NCBI GenBank assembly: GCA_905479655.1 | Contig: CAJQNK010000123.1 | Location: 26,553 to 90,552 of the forward strand | Reading direction: 5' to 3' | Source: an uncultured bacterium | Lineage (GTDB): Bacteria; Acidobacteriota; Thermoanaerobaculia; Multivoradales; JAHEKO01 | Length of the DNA: 64,000 nt | Part shown: positions 27,247 to 36,430 of the stretch, one piece after another | How positions within the stretch are numbered: the stretch's first letter is position 1 | Layout of the letters: each line of letters starts with the position of its first letter | Position numbers and translations under genes: made by a program | Notes under the pieces: model-generated | Databases searched by the model: none | Seen by the model: only the letters and a program-made list of their open reading frames with translations | What the model was told of the DNA's origin: nothing

Positions 27247-27617
27247 GCTGGGCGCTGCCCGTCGGCGCCCTCCTGGCGGCCCTGGGCGTCGTGGCTGGCG
27301 CCTTCGGTGCCCACGCGCTGGCGGGGCGCCTGGACGCCCGGGCCCTCGAGCTCTGGGAGACGGCCTCGCGCTACCTGATGTACGGGGCGCTCGGCCTGAT
27401 CGGCCTGGGTCTGGCCGTCCAGCGCGCCACGGGCAACGGACCGTGGGCGGCCGCCGCCTGGTGCCTGGCGGTCGGTACGGCGATCTTCGCCGGCACGGTC
27501 TTCGCCCTGGCGCTCGGCGGCCCTCGGATCCTGGGCGCGATCACGCCGATCGGCGGGAGCCTGATGATCGCGGGCTTCCTGCTCTTCGCGTGGGCCGCCT
27601 GGCGCGCCTCCGCGTAG
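27243..27617 (+). CDS. DUF423 (YgdD/TMEM256-like) small membrane protein
   Basis: Four-helix hydrophobic profile with AHALAG...LMYGALGL...GTAIFAG pattern. Confidence 0.7.
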   Translation: MSWALPVGALLAALGVVAGAFGAHALAGRLDARALELWETASRYLMYGALGLIGLGLAVQRATGNGPWAAAAWCLAVGTAIFAGTVFALALGGPRILGAITPIGGSLMIAGFLLFAWAAWRASA

Positions 27618-27646
27618 ACACCCCCGCCGCCGGCCGCTACGATAAT
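27615..27646 (+). promoter_or_regulatory. Possible internal promoter for the P5C dehydrogenase gene: -35 TAGACA (overlaps the DUF423 stop), -10 TACGATAAT
   Basis: Read directly; spacing is 17 nt to TACGAT. Confidence 0.25.
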
Positions 27647-27708
27647 TCGGTCTCTCCGCGTTGTTCCGCGGGAGCCCCAACCCGAACCCGACTTCCCAGG
27701 AGGCCCCC

Positions 27709-29340
27709 ATGGCCAATGGTTTCTTCCGCGTCCCAGCACCGGTGAACGAACCGGTCCGCGCCTACGCGCCCGGCTCACCGGAGAAGGCCTCGCTCAAGCG
27801 GCGGCTCGACTCCATGCTCAACGAGACTGTCGAGATCCCGGTCGTCGTCGGCGGCCGCAGGATCCACACCGGCGCCACCCACGACGCCGTCTGCCCCCAC
27901 GACCACCGCCACGTGCTGGCGAAGGTCCACCAGGCCGGCGCCGCCGAGGTGGAGCAGGCGATCGCGGCGGCCCGGGTGGCGTGGCAGGGGTGGTCGGAGC
28001 TGCCCTGGGAGGCGCGGGCGGCCGTGTTCCTCAAGGCCGCCGAGCTGCTGGCCGGCCCCTGGCGCGACACGGTGAACGCCGCGACCATGCTGAACCAGTC
28101 GAAGTCGGTCTACCAGGCGGAGATCGACTCGGCCGCCGAACTGGTCGACTTCTGGCGCTTCAACCCGCACTACATGAGCAAGGTCTACGAGGACCAGCCG
28201 GGCTCGGCCCGGGGCATCTGGGACCGTGTGGAGTACCGGGCGCTGGAGGGCTTCGTCTTCGCGGTGACGCCCTTCAACTTCACGTCCATCGCCGGCAACC
28301 TCCCCACCGCCCCCGCGCTCATGGGCAACGTCGTGCTGTGGAAGCCGGCCTCGTCGGCCTGCCTGGCGGCCTGGTACATCTTCTGTCTGCTGGAGGAGGC
28401 CGGGTTGCCTCCGGGGGTCATCAACTTCGTCCCCGGGCGGGGCAGCCAGGTCGGCGACCCGGTCGTGGCCAGTCCCGACCTGGCGGGCATCCACTTCACG
28501 GGCTCCACGGGGACCTTCCAGCGGATGTGGAAGACGATCGGCGGCAACATCGAGCGCTACCGGTCCTACCCGCGGATCGTCGGGGAGACGGGGGGCAAGG
28601 ACTTCGTCTTCGCGCACCCGAGCGCCGACGTCCCGTCGTTGGTGACCGCGCTCGTCCGCGGGGCCTTCGAGTACCAGGGGCAGAAGTGCTCGGCCGCGTC
28701 CCGCGCCTACATCCCCCGCTCGTTGTGGGAGGCGGTGAGAGGGCCGCTCGTCGAGACGGTGGAGTCGTTGCCCCAGGGCCCGCCGACGGACTTCCGCAAC
28801 TTCCTCTGCGCGGTGATCGACGAGGGGGCGTTCGACGACATCATGGGCTTCATCGAGCACGCCAAGGGCAACCATGGCTTCGAGATCCTGACCGGCGGCG
28901 AGGGCGACAAGTCCGAGGGGTACTTCATCCAGCCCACGGTGGTCGTCTCGGCCGAGCCGCGCTCCAAGCTCATGCGCGAGGAGATCTTCGGTCCCGTGCT
29001 GACGATCTACGTCTACGAGGACGACGACCTGGACGCCACTCTCGAACTGGTGGACACGACCTCGCCGTACGCGCTCACCGGCGCGATCTTCGGCCGCGAC
29101 CGCAGGGACATCGAGGCGATGACCCGGCGCCTGCGTCACTCGGCCGGCAACTTCTATGTCAACGACAAGCCCACGGGCGCCGTGGTCGGTCAGCAGCCGT
29201 TCGGCGGCGGCCGGGCCTCGGGCACCAACGACAAGGCGGGCTCGGCGGTCAACCTCCTGCGCTGGGTCTCCCAGCGGGCGATCAAGGAGAGCTTCGTGCC
29301 GCCGACCGGCGTCCGCTACCCGCACCAGGACGAGGCGTGA
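27709..29340 (+). CDS. pruA: L-glutamate gamma-semialdehyde (1-pyrroline-5-carboxylate) dehydrogenase
   Basis: AGGAGG 6 nt before ATG 27709; ALDH catalytic Cys in [13 protein letters not shown], ...VGETGGKDF..., P5CDH-specific N-terminus. Confidence 0.85.
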   Translation: MANGFFRVPAPVNEPVRAYAPGSPEKASLKRRLDSMLNETVEIPVVVGGRRIHTGATHDAVCPHDHRHVLAKVHQAGAAEVEQAIAAARVAWQGWSELPWEARAAVFLKAAELLAGPWRDTVNAATMLNQSKSVYQAEIDSAAELVDFWRFNPHYMSKVYEDQPGSARGIWDRVEYRALEGFVFAVTPFNFTSIAGNLPTAPALMGNVVLWKPASSACLAAWYIFCLLEEAGLPPGVINFVPGRGSQVGDPVVASPDLAGIHFTGSTGTFQRMWKTIGGNIERYRSYPRIVGETGGKDFVFAHPSADVPSLVTALVRGAFEYQGQKCSAASRAYIPRSLWEAVRGPLVETVESLPQGPPTDFRNFLCAVIDEGAFDDIMGFIEHAKGNHGFEILTGGEGDKSEGYFIQPTVVVSAEPRSKLMREEIFGPVLTIYVYEDDDLDATLELVDTTSPYALTGAIFGRDRRDIEAMTRRLRHSAGNFYVNDKPTGAVVGQQPFGGGRASGTNDKAGSAVNLLRWVSQRAIKESFVPPTGVRYPHQDEA

Positions 29341-29744
29341 GCGGAGGGGTCGGGGGGCCGATCAGGACCCACGAGACGATCGACCGCTCGCTGTGCGGCG
29401 AGCCCCTGGAGGTCGCCGCGGGCCGCGCCCGGGTGCGCCTGGAGACCCTCCCCGTCATGGCGGCCGACGCGGCCGGCCTGGTGCACGGGGGGTTCGTCTT
29501 CGGCCTGGCGGACCACGCGGCCATGCTGGCCGTGAACGAGCCCACGGTGGTGCTGGCCGCGGCCGAGTTGCGCTTCCTGGCCCCCGTGCGGGTCGGAGAG
29601 TCCCTCGAGGCGGTGGCCTCCGTGGGGGAGGCCGAGGGACGCATGCTGCCGGTCGAGGTCACGGTGCGTCGCGGGGAGACCGAGATCCTCTCCGGCCGTC
29701 TGACCTGCGTCGTGCCGCGACGCCACGTCCTGGAGACGGGATGA
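29337..29744 (+). CDS. Hotdog-fold (PaaI-type) thioesterase
   Basis: GTGA overlap with the pruA stop; [15 protein letters not shown] motif. Confidence 0.7.
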   Translation: MSGGVGGPIRTHETIDRSLCGEPLEVAAGRARVRLETLPVMAADAAGLVHGGFVFGLADHAAMLAVNEPTVVLAAAELRFLAPVRVGESLEAVASVGEAEGRMLPVEVTVRRGETEILSGRLTCVVPRRHVLETG

Positions 29745-31471
29745 ACGGCGGTCTGCGGGTCGCCCGGGTGCTCGAGCGTCAGGGCGTACGCCACCTGTTC
29801 ACGCTGTGCGGCGGCCACATCTCCCCGATCCTGGTGGAGGCGAAACGTCTCGGGATCCGGGTCGTGGACGTCCGGCACGAGGTCGACGCGGTCTTCGCCG
29901 CGGACGCGGAGGCGCGGCTGACGGGGATTCCCGGCGTCGCCGCGGTCACCGCCGGCCCCGGGGTCACGAACACCATCACGGCGGTGAAGAACGCACAGAT
30001 GGCCCAGTCGCCGGTCGTCCTGCTGGGCGGGGCCACGGCCACCGTGCTGAAGGGTCGCGGCTCGCTCCAGGACATCGACCAGGTGGCGCTGATCGGTCCC
30101 CACGTGAAGTGGTCGACCACCGTCGGGCGGGTCCGTGACCTGGACGCCGCCCTGGAGCGGGCGTTCGCCCTGGCGATCGACGGCGTGCCCGGCCCGGTCT
30201 TCGTCGAGATTCCGGTCGACCTCCTCTACCCCGAGTCGTTGGTCCGGGAGTGGTACGGGGCCAAGGGCGGCGGCAAGGGGCTCGCGGGCCGCGCGCTGGC
30301 CTTCTACCTCCGTTGGCATCTCGGCCGCGTCTTCGGCGGCGCCGACGCCCCGCAGGCCGAGGTCGCGCCGCTCCCGGCGCCTCCTCCCGGGCCCCGCGGC
30401 TCGGCCGTGCGGCGGGCCACGTCGCGGCTGCGGGAGGCCGAGCGGCCGGTGCTGCTCGTGGGCAGCCAGGCGACGCTGGCGGCGGCGGAGATCGACCAGG
30501 TGGCCCGGGCGGTCGAGACCCTCGGTGTCCCGGTCTACCTGTCGGGCATGGCGCGGGGACTGTTGGGCCGGAACCATCCGCTGCAGATGCGCCACCAGCG
30601 TCGCAAGGCGTTGCGCGAAGCGGACCTGGTGGTGACCGCGGGCGTGCCGTTCGACTTCCGCCTCGACTACGGTCGTCACATCCGGCGCTCGACCCCGGTG
30701 GTCGCCGCGAATCGGAGCCGCGACGACATGACGCGCAATCGCCGCCCCGACCTGGCGATCACCGCCGATCCGGGGCGGTTCCTCCGGGAGCTGGCGGACG
30801 AGCTCGAAAGGGGGTCGGACCGCTCCGACTGGCTGCGCACCCTGCGCCTGCGGGACGAGGAGCGTGAGGCGGAGATCGCGCGCCAGGCCTCCGAGCCGGC
30901 ACGGGGCGGTCTCAACCCCCTGGCCGTCTGCTCGGCCGTAGAGGCGGCGCTGGGCGACGACAGCGTCATCGTGGCCGACGGAGGGGACTTCGTGGCGACG
31001 GCCTCGTACATCGTCTCGCCGCGCGGGCCGCTGCGCTGGCTGGACCCCGGCGTCTTCGGCACCCTGGGCGTCGGCGGCGGCTTCGCGCTCGGGGCGGCGC
31101 TGGCCCGGCCGAGCGCGGAGGTCTGGCTTCTGTGGGGCGACGGCTCAGCCGCCTACAGCCTCGCGGAGTTCGACACCTTCTGCCGTCACGATGTCGCGGT
31201 CATCGCGGTGGTCGGCAACGACGCCGGCTGGACGCAGATCGCGCGCGAGCAGGTCGAGATCCTCCACGACGACGTCGGCACCGTGCTGGCCTCGACCGAC
31301 TATGAGCGGGTCGCCGAGGGGTACGGCGGCGTGGGCCTCGATCTCGGGCCGGGCGACGATCCGGCCGAGGTCCTGGCTCGGGCCCGGGAGGTGGCGGCGT
31401 CCGGCCGGCCCGTCCTGGTGAACGCGCGGCTCGGCAAGACGGACTTTCGTAAGGGATCGATCTCGATGTGA
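29741..31471 (+). CDS. Thiamine-diphosphate-dependent enzyme (acetolactate-synthase-like family)
   Basis: ATGA overlap with the upstream stop; N-terminal Pyr domain ([17 protein letters not shown]) and C-terminal PP domain GDG...N (WGDGSAAY...VVGNDAGW). Confidence 0.8.
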   Translation: MNGGLRVARVLERQGVRHLFTLCGGHISPILVEAKRLGIRVVDVRHEVDAVFAADAEARLTGIPGVAAVTAGPGVTNTITAVKNAQMAQSPVVLLGGATATVLKGRGSLQDIDQVALIGPHVKWSTTVGRVRDLDAALERAFALAIDGVPGPVFVEIPVDLLYPESLVREWYGAKGGGKGLAGRALAFYLRWHLGRVFGGADAPQAEVAPLPAPPPGPRGSAVRRATSRLREAERPVLLVGSQATLAAAEIDQVARAVETLGVPVYLSGMARGLLGRNHPLQMRHQRRKALREADLVVTAGVPFDFRLDYGRHIRRSTPVVAANRSRDDMTRNRRPDLAITADPGRFLRELADELERGSDRSDWLRTLRLRDEEREAEIARQASEPARGGLNPLAVCSAVEAALGDDSVIVADGGDFVATASYIVSPRGPLRWLDPGVFGTLGVGGGFALGAALARPSAEVWLLWGDGSAAYSLAEFDTFCRHDVAVIAVVGNDAGWTQIAREQVEILHDDVGTVLASTDYERVAEGYGGVGLDLGPGDDPAEVLARAREVAASGRPVLVNARLGKTDFRKGSISM

Positions 31472-31506
31472 TGGGGCCCCACGGGCGCCCCGGAAGGAGC
31501 CAGACC

Positions 31507-33579
31507 ATGAACTACCAGTCGATCCGGCGGCTCACCGCTGCCGTGTTTCTCGTCCTTGTTACCACCGCGCTCTCGGCGCGGCCCTTCGACGTCCACGACC
31601 TGGTCTCGATGGAGCGGCTCTCGGACCTGGCCGCCTCGCCCGACGGCTCGACCCTGGCCTTCGTCGTGCGGGAGACCGACCTCGAGGCCAACCGGGGTCG
31701 GACCGACGTCTGGCTGCTCGACCTGGGGTCGGACGGCGCGGAGCCCCGGCGCCTGACCAGCGACGAGGCCAACGACTGGAGCCCGCGCTGGAGCGCCGAC
31801 GGGGAGACCCTGTACTTCCTCTCGACCCGCAGCGGCTCGTCGCAGGTGTGGCGCGCCGACCCGTCGGGCGGTGCGGTCGAAGCGGTGACCGATCTGCCCC
31901 TGGACGTGGGCAACCTCGTCGTCTCGCCCGCCGGCCGCCGGCTCGCCGTGACCCTGGAGGTGTTCCCCGACTGCGCGGCCCTGTCCTGCACCGTGGACCG
32001 GCTGGCGGCCGAGGAGGGGAGCCCGGTGACCGGGCGCCTCTACGACTCCCTCTTCGTTCGCCACTGGGACACCTGGAAGGACGGCAGGCGCTCCCACCTC
32101 TTCGCGGTGGACCTGGAGCGACCCGACGCCGAACCCGTCGACCTGACGGGCGGTCTCGACGCCGACGTGCCGTCGAAGCCGTTCGGTGGCGACGAGGAGA
32201 TCACGTTCACGCCCGACGGGTCGGGCATCGTCTACACGGCCCGGGTCGCGGGCCGGCAGGAGGCCTGGTCCACGGACTTCGACCTCTGGCACGTACCGGT
32301 GGACGGGTCGGCCGACCCCCGCTGCCTGACGGAGAGGAACCAGGCCTGGGACACGCAGCCCGTCTTCTCGCCCGACGGCTCCCAGCTGGCCTACCTCGCC
32401 ATGGCGCGCCCCGGCTTCGAGTCGGACCGGCTGATCGTCATGCTGCGTCCCTGGCCGGAGGGCAAGGCGCGGCCCGTGGCGGTCGACTGGGACCGATCGA
32501 TCTCGTCGCTCTCCTTCTCGCCCGACGGCGGGCAGCTGTGGGTGACGGCGCAGGACACGGGCAACGTCCCGCTCTTCGCGATCGACCTGGCTACCGAGGA
32601 GGTGCGCAGGGTGGTCGAGTCCGGGCATGTCCGCTCGCCCCAGGTTGTGGGTGACCGCGTCGTGTTCGGCCGGGACAGCCTGACGGCGCCGGTGGACGTC
32701 TACTCGGTGGCGGCCGCCGGCGGGGAGATCGAGCGCCTCACGGCCTTCAACGCGGATCGCCTGAGCGAGATCGAGATGGGCGAGCCGGAGCCCTTCCAGT
32801 TCGCCGGCTTCGGCGGCGAAATGGTCCACGGCTGGGTGGTGAAGCCCCACGGCTTCGATCCCGAGAAGCTCTACCCCCTGGCGTTCCTGATCCACGGAGG
32901 TCCTCAAGGCTCCTTCGGCAACGACTTCCACTACCGCTGGAATCCCCAGACCTACGCCGGGGCCGGGTATGCGGCGGTGATGATCGACTTCCACGGCTCG
33001 ACCGGCTACGGGCAGGCGTTCACCGACTCCATCCGGCGCGACTGGGGCGGCAAGCCCCTCGAAGACCTGAAGCTGGGGCTGGCGGCCGTCCTCGCGGCCG
33101 AGCCCTGGATCGACGGGCAGCGGGCCTGCGCCCTCGGCGCCTCCTACGGCGGCTACATGATCAACTGGATCGCCGGGCAGTGGCCCGAGGCCTTCCGGTG
33201 TCTGGTGAACCACGACGGCATCTTCGACCAGAGGATGATGTACTACTCGACCGAGGAGCTGTGGTTCCCGGAATGGGAGAACGGCGGCACCTACTGGCAG
33301 GCGCCCTTCGAGTTCGAGGAGGGCAACCCGGCGGGTTTCGTGGACCGGTGGAAGACGCCCATGCTGGTCATCCACGGCGCCCTCGACTACCGGGTTCCCG
33401 GGACCCAGGGGCTCGCGACCTTCACCGCGCTCCAGCGCAAGGGCATCCCGAGCCGCCTCCTGTGGTTCCCCGACGAGAATCACTGGGTGCTCCAACCCGC
33501 CAACAGCGTGCTCTGGCACGAGACGGTGGGGGAGTGGCTGGACCGCTGGACCGCGCCCGGATCGTCTCCCGAGAAGTGA
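31507..33579 (+). CDS. Secreted S9-family serine peptidase (beta-propeller plus alpha/beta hydrolase; prolyl oligopeptidase/acylaminoacyl peptidase-like)
   Basis: Signal peptide; TolB-like propeller repeats; catalytic GASYGGY (Ser), downstream D and H (VIHGALDYRVP...DENHW). Confidence 0.85.
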   Translation: MNYQSIRRLTAAVFLVLVTTALSARPFDVHDLVSMERLSDLAASPDGSTLAFVVRETDLEANRGRTDVWLLDLGSDGAEPRRLTSDEANDWSPRWSADGETLYFLSTRSGSSQVWRADPSGGAVEAVTDLPLDVGNLVVSPAGRRLAVTLEVFPDCAALSCTVDRLAAEEGSPVTGRLYDSLFVRHWDTWKDGRRSHLFAVDLERPDAEPVDLTGGLDADVPSKPFGGDEEITFTPDGSGIVYTARVAGRQEAWSTDFDLWHVPVDGSADPRCLTERNQAWDTQPVFSPDGSQLAYLAMARPGFESDRLIVMLRPWPEGKARPVAVDWDRSISSLSFSPDGGQLWVTAQDTGNVPLFAIDLATEEVRRVVESGHVRSPQVVGDRVVFGRDSLTAPVDVYSVAAAGGEIERLTAFNADRLSEIEMGEPEPFQFAGFGGEMVHGWVVKPHGFDPEKLYPLAFLIHGGPQGSFGNDFHYRWNPQTYAGAGYAAVMIDFHGSTGYGQAFTDSIRRDWGGKPLEDLKLGLAAVLAAEPWIDGQRACALGASYGGYMINWIAGQWPEAFRCLVNHDGIFDQRMMYYSTEELWFPEWENGGTYWQAPFEFEEGNPAGFVDRWKTPMLVIHGALDYRVPGTQGLATFTALQRKGIPSRLLWFPDENHWVLQPANSVLWHETVGEWLDRWTAPGSSPEK

Positions 33580-33604
33580 CGCCGCGCCGCGCCCGGGCGG
33601 GGCC

Positions 33605-34375
33605 TCAGCGGGCCTGCGGGTCGGCGGGGGAGAGGAGCGACCCGGCGCGCTCGAGGATGCTCGTGACGAAGCCCGTCAGGGCTTCGCGGTCGGCTCGGCT
33701 CATCCTCACGAAGCGCACGCCGAGACGGATCCGGCTTGCCGTCTCGTCCTTCACGCCCTCCGCCGGTACGAGCTTCGGCGATGCCGGCGGCTCCATCGAG
33801 TAGATCCCCTCTCCTTCAGCGCGGAGTCGCAGACCCTCTTCCAGGGTGATGTCCAGCCGCAGGGTCTGGCCGACCAGCCCGTGTCGCGCCTCGTCGGGGT
33901 ACGGGATCTCGATGAGCATGCCCCCGAGGCTGAGACTGATGACCTCGAACGAGGAGCCGCCCTCGAGGTCGACCTCGGAGCCCTCGTCGAGCGCGAACCG
34001 CCCGAACAGCCGCGGGTCGGGCGAGACCACGGCCCGCTCGCCGAGGAAATCGATCCACTCGCGGCCGTCGTCCGAGAGGATGTCCCGGAAGCGGATCCCG
34101 GCTCGATAGACCGGGAAGATGTCTCCGGCGCCGTTTCTCTCGGTGCGGACGAGGGTGCACCAGACCACCCGGCCCGTGAGGCGCAGATCGCCCTCTTCCC
34201 GTGTCACCCGGAGGGAGTAGTCGCGGCCGACGCCCAGGTAGGTGTGGGTCTCGATCCCGACCCCGTTGACGCTGACATCGACGATGTCGACGTCGGCGTT
34301 GAGCGCGAAGTGACCGCGGATTCCCTCGACCTCGTATCGAGGGTGCGTGCGTCGATGGTGTTGTGCCTTTGCCAT
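33605..34375 (-). CDS. Tandem PilZ-domain protein (c-di-GMP receptor family)
   Basis: Start MAKAQHHRRTHPRYEV (RxxxR) ... DVSVNGVGIETH (D-x-S-x-x-G) and a second PilZ-like half. Confidence 0.6.
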   Translation of the reverse strand: MAKAQHHRRTHPRYEVEGIRGHFALNADVDIVDVSVNGVGIETHTYLGVGRDYSLRVTREEGDLRLTGRVVWCTLVRTERNGAGDIFPVYRAGIRFRDILSDDGREWIDFLGERAVVSPDPRLFGRFALDEGSEVDLEGGSSFEVISLSLGGMLIEIPYPDEARHGLVGQTLRLDITLEEGLRLRAEGEGIYSMEPPASPKLVPAEGVKDETASRIRLGVRFVRMSRADREALTGFVTSILERAGSLLSPADPQAR

Positions 34376-34519
34376 GGTCCAGGGACGGGGAGAGACGGTC
34401 CGCCTGACTGCGCCGATCACCGATCATCCTACTTCGCGATCACGGGTCAGGCAAACGCGGGGACGGCGCGGCGGACATCCTCCGGCCGACATCGGCGCGG
34501 AGGGCGATACACTCCCGGC

Positions 34520-34933
34520 ATGTCCGACCGCAAGTACCGGCAACGGGGTTACCGGGACGACGAGCGCCCGCGCGGCGAGGTCGCTCGGGGGCCTCGTCCC
34601 GAGCGCGAGGGCCCCCGGGGCCGGGGTCTCGGCGCGCCGACGAAGACCGTCTTCCGTTGCGCCCGCTGTGGCACCCTCGCGCGGCCTGGCGCGGAGGTCG
34701 GCCCCACCGCCGTCTGCCCCAAGTGCGACTCGGATCTCCACACCTGCACCAACTGCCGGCACTTCGACACGTCCGCTCCGGGCGAGTGTCGGGTCGCGGC
34801 GGCGCCGAGGGTCGCCGCGAAGGCGAAGCGCAACGAGTGCAGCCACTTCGAGCCGAAGGCGACCCAGGAGTTCGACTCCGGGTCCCAGCCGGACGATCCG
34901 CGCGCGGCGTTCGACGCGCTCTTCGATTTCTAG
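34520..34933 (+). CDS. Hypothetical Arg-rich protein with two Cys4 zinc-ribbon-like clusters
   Basis: FRCARCGT...CPKCDS and CTNCRHF...ECRV...NECSHF; basic low-complexity N-terminus. Confidence 0.5.
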   Translation: MSDRKYRQRGYRDDERPRGEVARGPRPEREGPRGRGLGAPTKTVFRCARCGTLARPGAEVGPTAVCPKCDSDLHTCTNCRHFDTSAPGECRVAAAPRVAAKAKRNECSHFEPKATQEFDSGSQPDDPRAAFDALFDF

Positions 34934-34953
34934 CCTGAAGGAGGGCCGCGCCC

Positions 34954-36321
34954 ATGACCGGGATCGTCAGCGCCGTTTCTAGCTTCGTTTGGGGACCGTT
35001 CCTCCTCATCCCCCTGCTGCTCGCCACGGGTCTCTACCTCACGGTGAGGCTCCGGGGCCTCCAGTTCACCAAGCTCGGGGAGTCGCTCTGGCTCGGGCTC
35101 ATCGTCCGCAAGGAGAAGGGCGCCGAGGGCGATATCTCCCACTTCCAGGCGCTGATGACGGCGCTGGCGGCCACCGTCGGCACGGGCAACATCGTGGGGG
35201 TCGCCACCGCGATCGCCGCGGGTGGCCCGGGGGCCCTGTTCTGGATGTGGATCACCGGCCTCGTCGGGATGGCGACGAAGTACTCCGAGGCCCTGCTGTC
35301 GGTCAAGTTCCGTTCCACGGACGAGGCCGGCCAGCAGTGCGGGGGCCCCATGTATTACCTGGCGGCGGGCCTGAAGTCGAAGGGCCTGGGCCGGTTCCTC
35401 GGCGCCGCCTTCGCTCTGTTCGCCGCCGTCGCGGCCTTCGGCATCGGCAACATGGTCCAGTCCAACTCGGTGGCCGACTCCCTCCACGACGCCTTCGGCG
35501 TTCCCGAGTACGCCACCGGCCTTGCGATCGCCGTGCTCGCCGGCCTGGTGATCCTCGGCGGGATCCGCTCGATCGGTCGCTTCACCGGTTTCTTCGTGCC
35601 GCTGATGATCGCCGCCTACGTGATCGGGGCGGGCGTGGTGTTGGTGCTGCACGCGGATCGGATCCCCCACGCCCTCGGGCTGGTATTCGGTAGCGCCCTG
35701 AGCGGCACGGCCGCTGCGGGCGGCTTTCTCGGGGCCGGCGTCGCCCAGGCCATTCGCTTCGGCGTGGCCCGCGGGATCTTCTCGAACGAGTCGGGCCTCG
35801 GGTCGGCGGGCATCGCCGCCGCCGCCGCCCAGACCCGGGAGCCGGTGCGCCAGGCGATGGTCTCCATGACGCAGACCTTCATCGACACCCTCGTCGTCTG
35901 CTCCTTCACCGGTCTGGCGATCCTCACCACCGACGCCTGGCAGTCGGGCCTCGACGGCGCGGCCCTGACCCAACTGGCGTTCCGCGACGGACTCCCCGGC
36001 TCCTGGGGCGACCGGGTCGTGGCCGTGAGCCTCGCGATGTTCGCCTTCTCGACGATTCTCGGGTGGAGCTACTACGGCGAGAAGAGCATCGAGTTCCTCT
36101 TCGGTCGCCGCCTGATCTTCCCGTACCGCCTGCTCTTCATCGTTGCCACCTTCTACGGCGCCATCCGCTCCCTGGAGTTCGTCTGGACCCTCTCGGACGC
36201 CATGAACGGCCTGATGGCGCTCCCCAACCTGGTGGGTCTGCTGCTGCTGTCGGGGGTGGTCGTCGCGGAGACGCGGAGCTACTTCGCGCGCAAGGCGACC
36301 GGCGAGACCGAGGAAGGCTGA
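34954..36321 (+). CDS. Sodium:alanine (amino-acid) symporter, AGCS family
   Basis: ...[24 protein letters not shown]... signature, ~11 TM helices. Confidence 0.85.
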   Translation: MTGIVSAVSSFVWGPFLLIPLLLATGLYLTVRLRGLQFTKLGESLWLGLIVRKEKGAEGDISHFQALMTALAATVGTGNIVGVATAIAAGGPGALFWMWITGLVGMATKYSEALLSVKFRSTDEAGQQCGGPMYYLAAGLKSKGLGRFLGAAFALFAAVAAFGIGNMVQSNSVADSLHDAFGVPEYATGLAIAVLAGLVILGGIRSIGRFTGFFVPLMIAAYVIGAGVVLVLHADRIPHALGLVFGSALSGTAAAGGFLGAGVAQAIRFGVARGIFSNESGLGSAGIAAAAAQTREPVRQAMVSMTQTFIDTLVVCSFTGLAILTTDAWQSGLDGAALTQLAFRDGLPGSWGDRVVAVSLAMFAFSTILGWSYYGEKSIEFLFGRRLIFPYRLLFIVATFYGAIRSLEFVWTLSDAMNGLMALPNLVGLLLLSGVVVAETRSYFARKATGETEEG

Positions 36322-36354
36322 CCCGGCTCCCGAGAGCCTCCGACAGCCCTGACC

Positions 36355-36392
36355 CCTCGACGCCTTCGCGCCTTTGCGCCTTTGCGTGAGGC
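36355..36392. repeat. Short tandem 8-mers CCTT(C/T)GCG x3 ending in TGAG, in a convergent intergenic region
   Basis: GCCTTCGCGCCTTTGCGCCTTTGCGTGAGG read directly; a related copy lies at 45125-45165. Confidence 0.3.
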
Positions 36393-36430
36393 TCTACGCC
36401 CGCCCGCCCGCAGCCGGGACGCCGACCCTT

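Noticed and set aside
31300-33519. 739-aa minus-strand ORF
   Set aside because: Antisense of the S9 peptidase gene.
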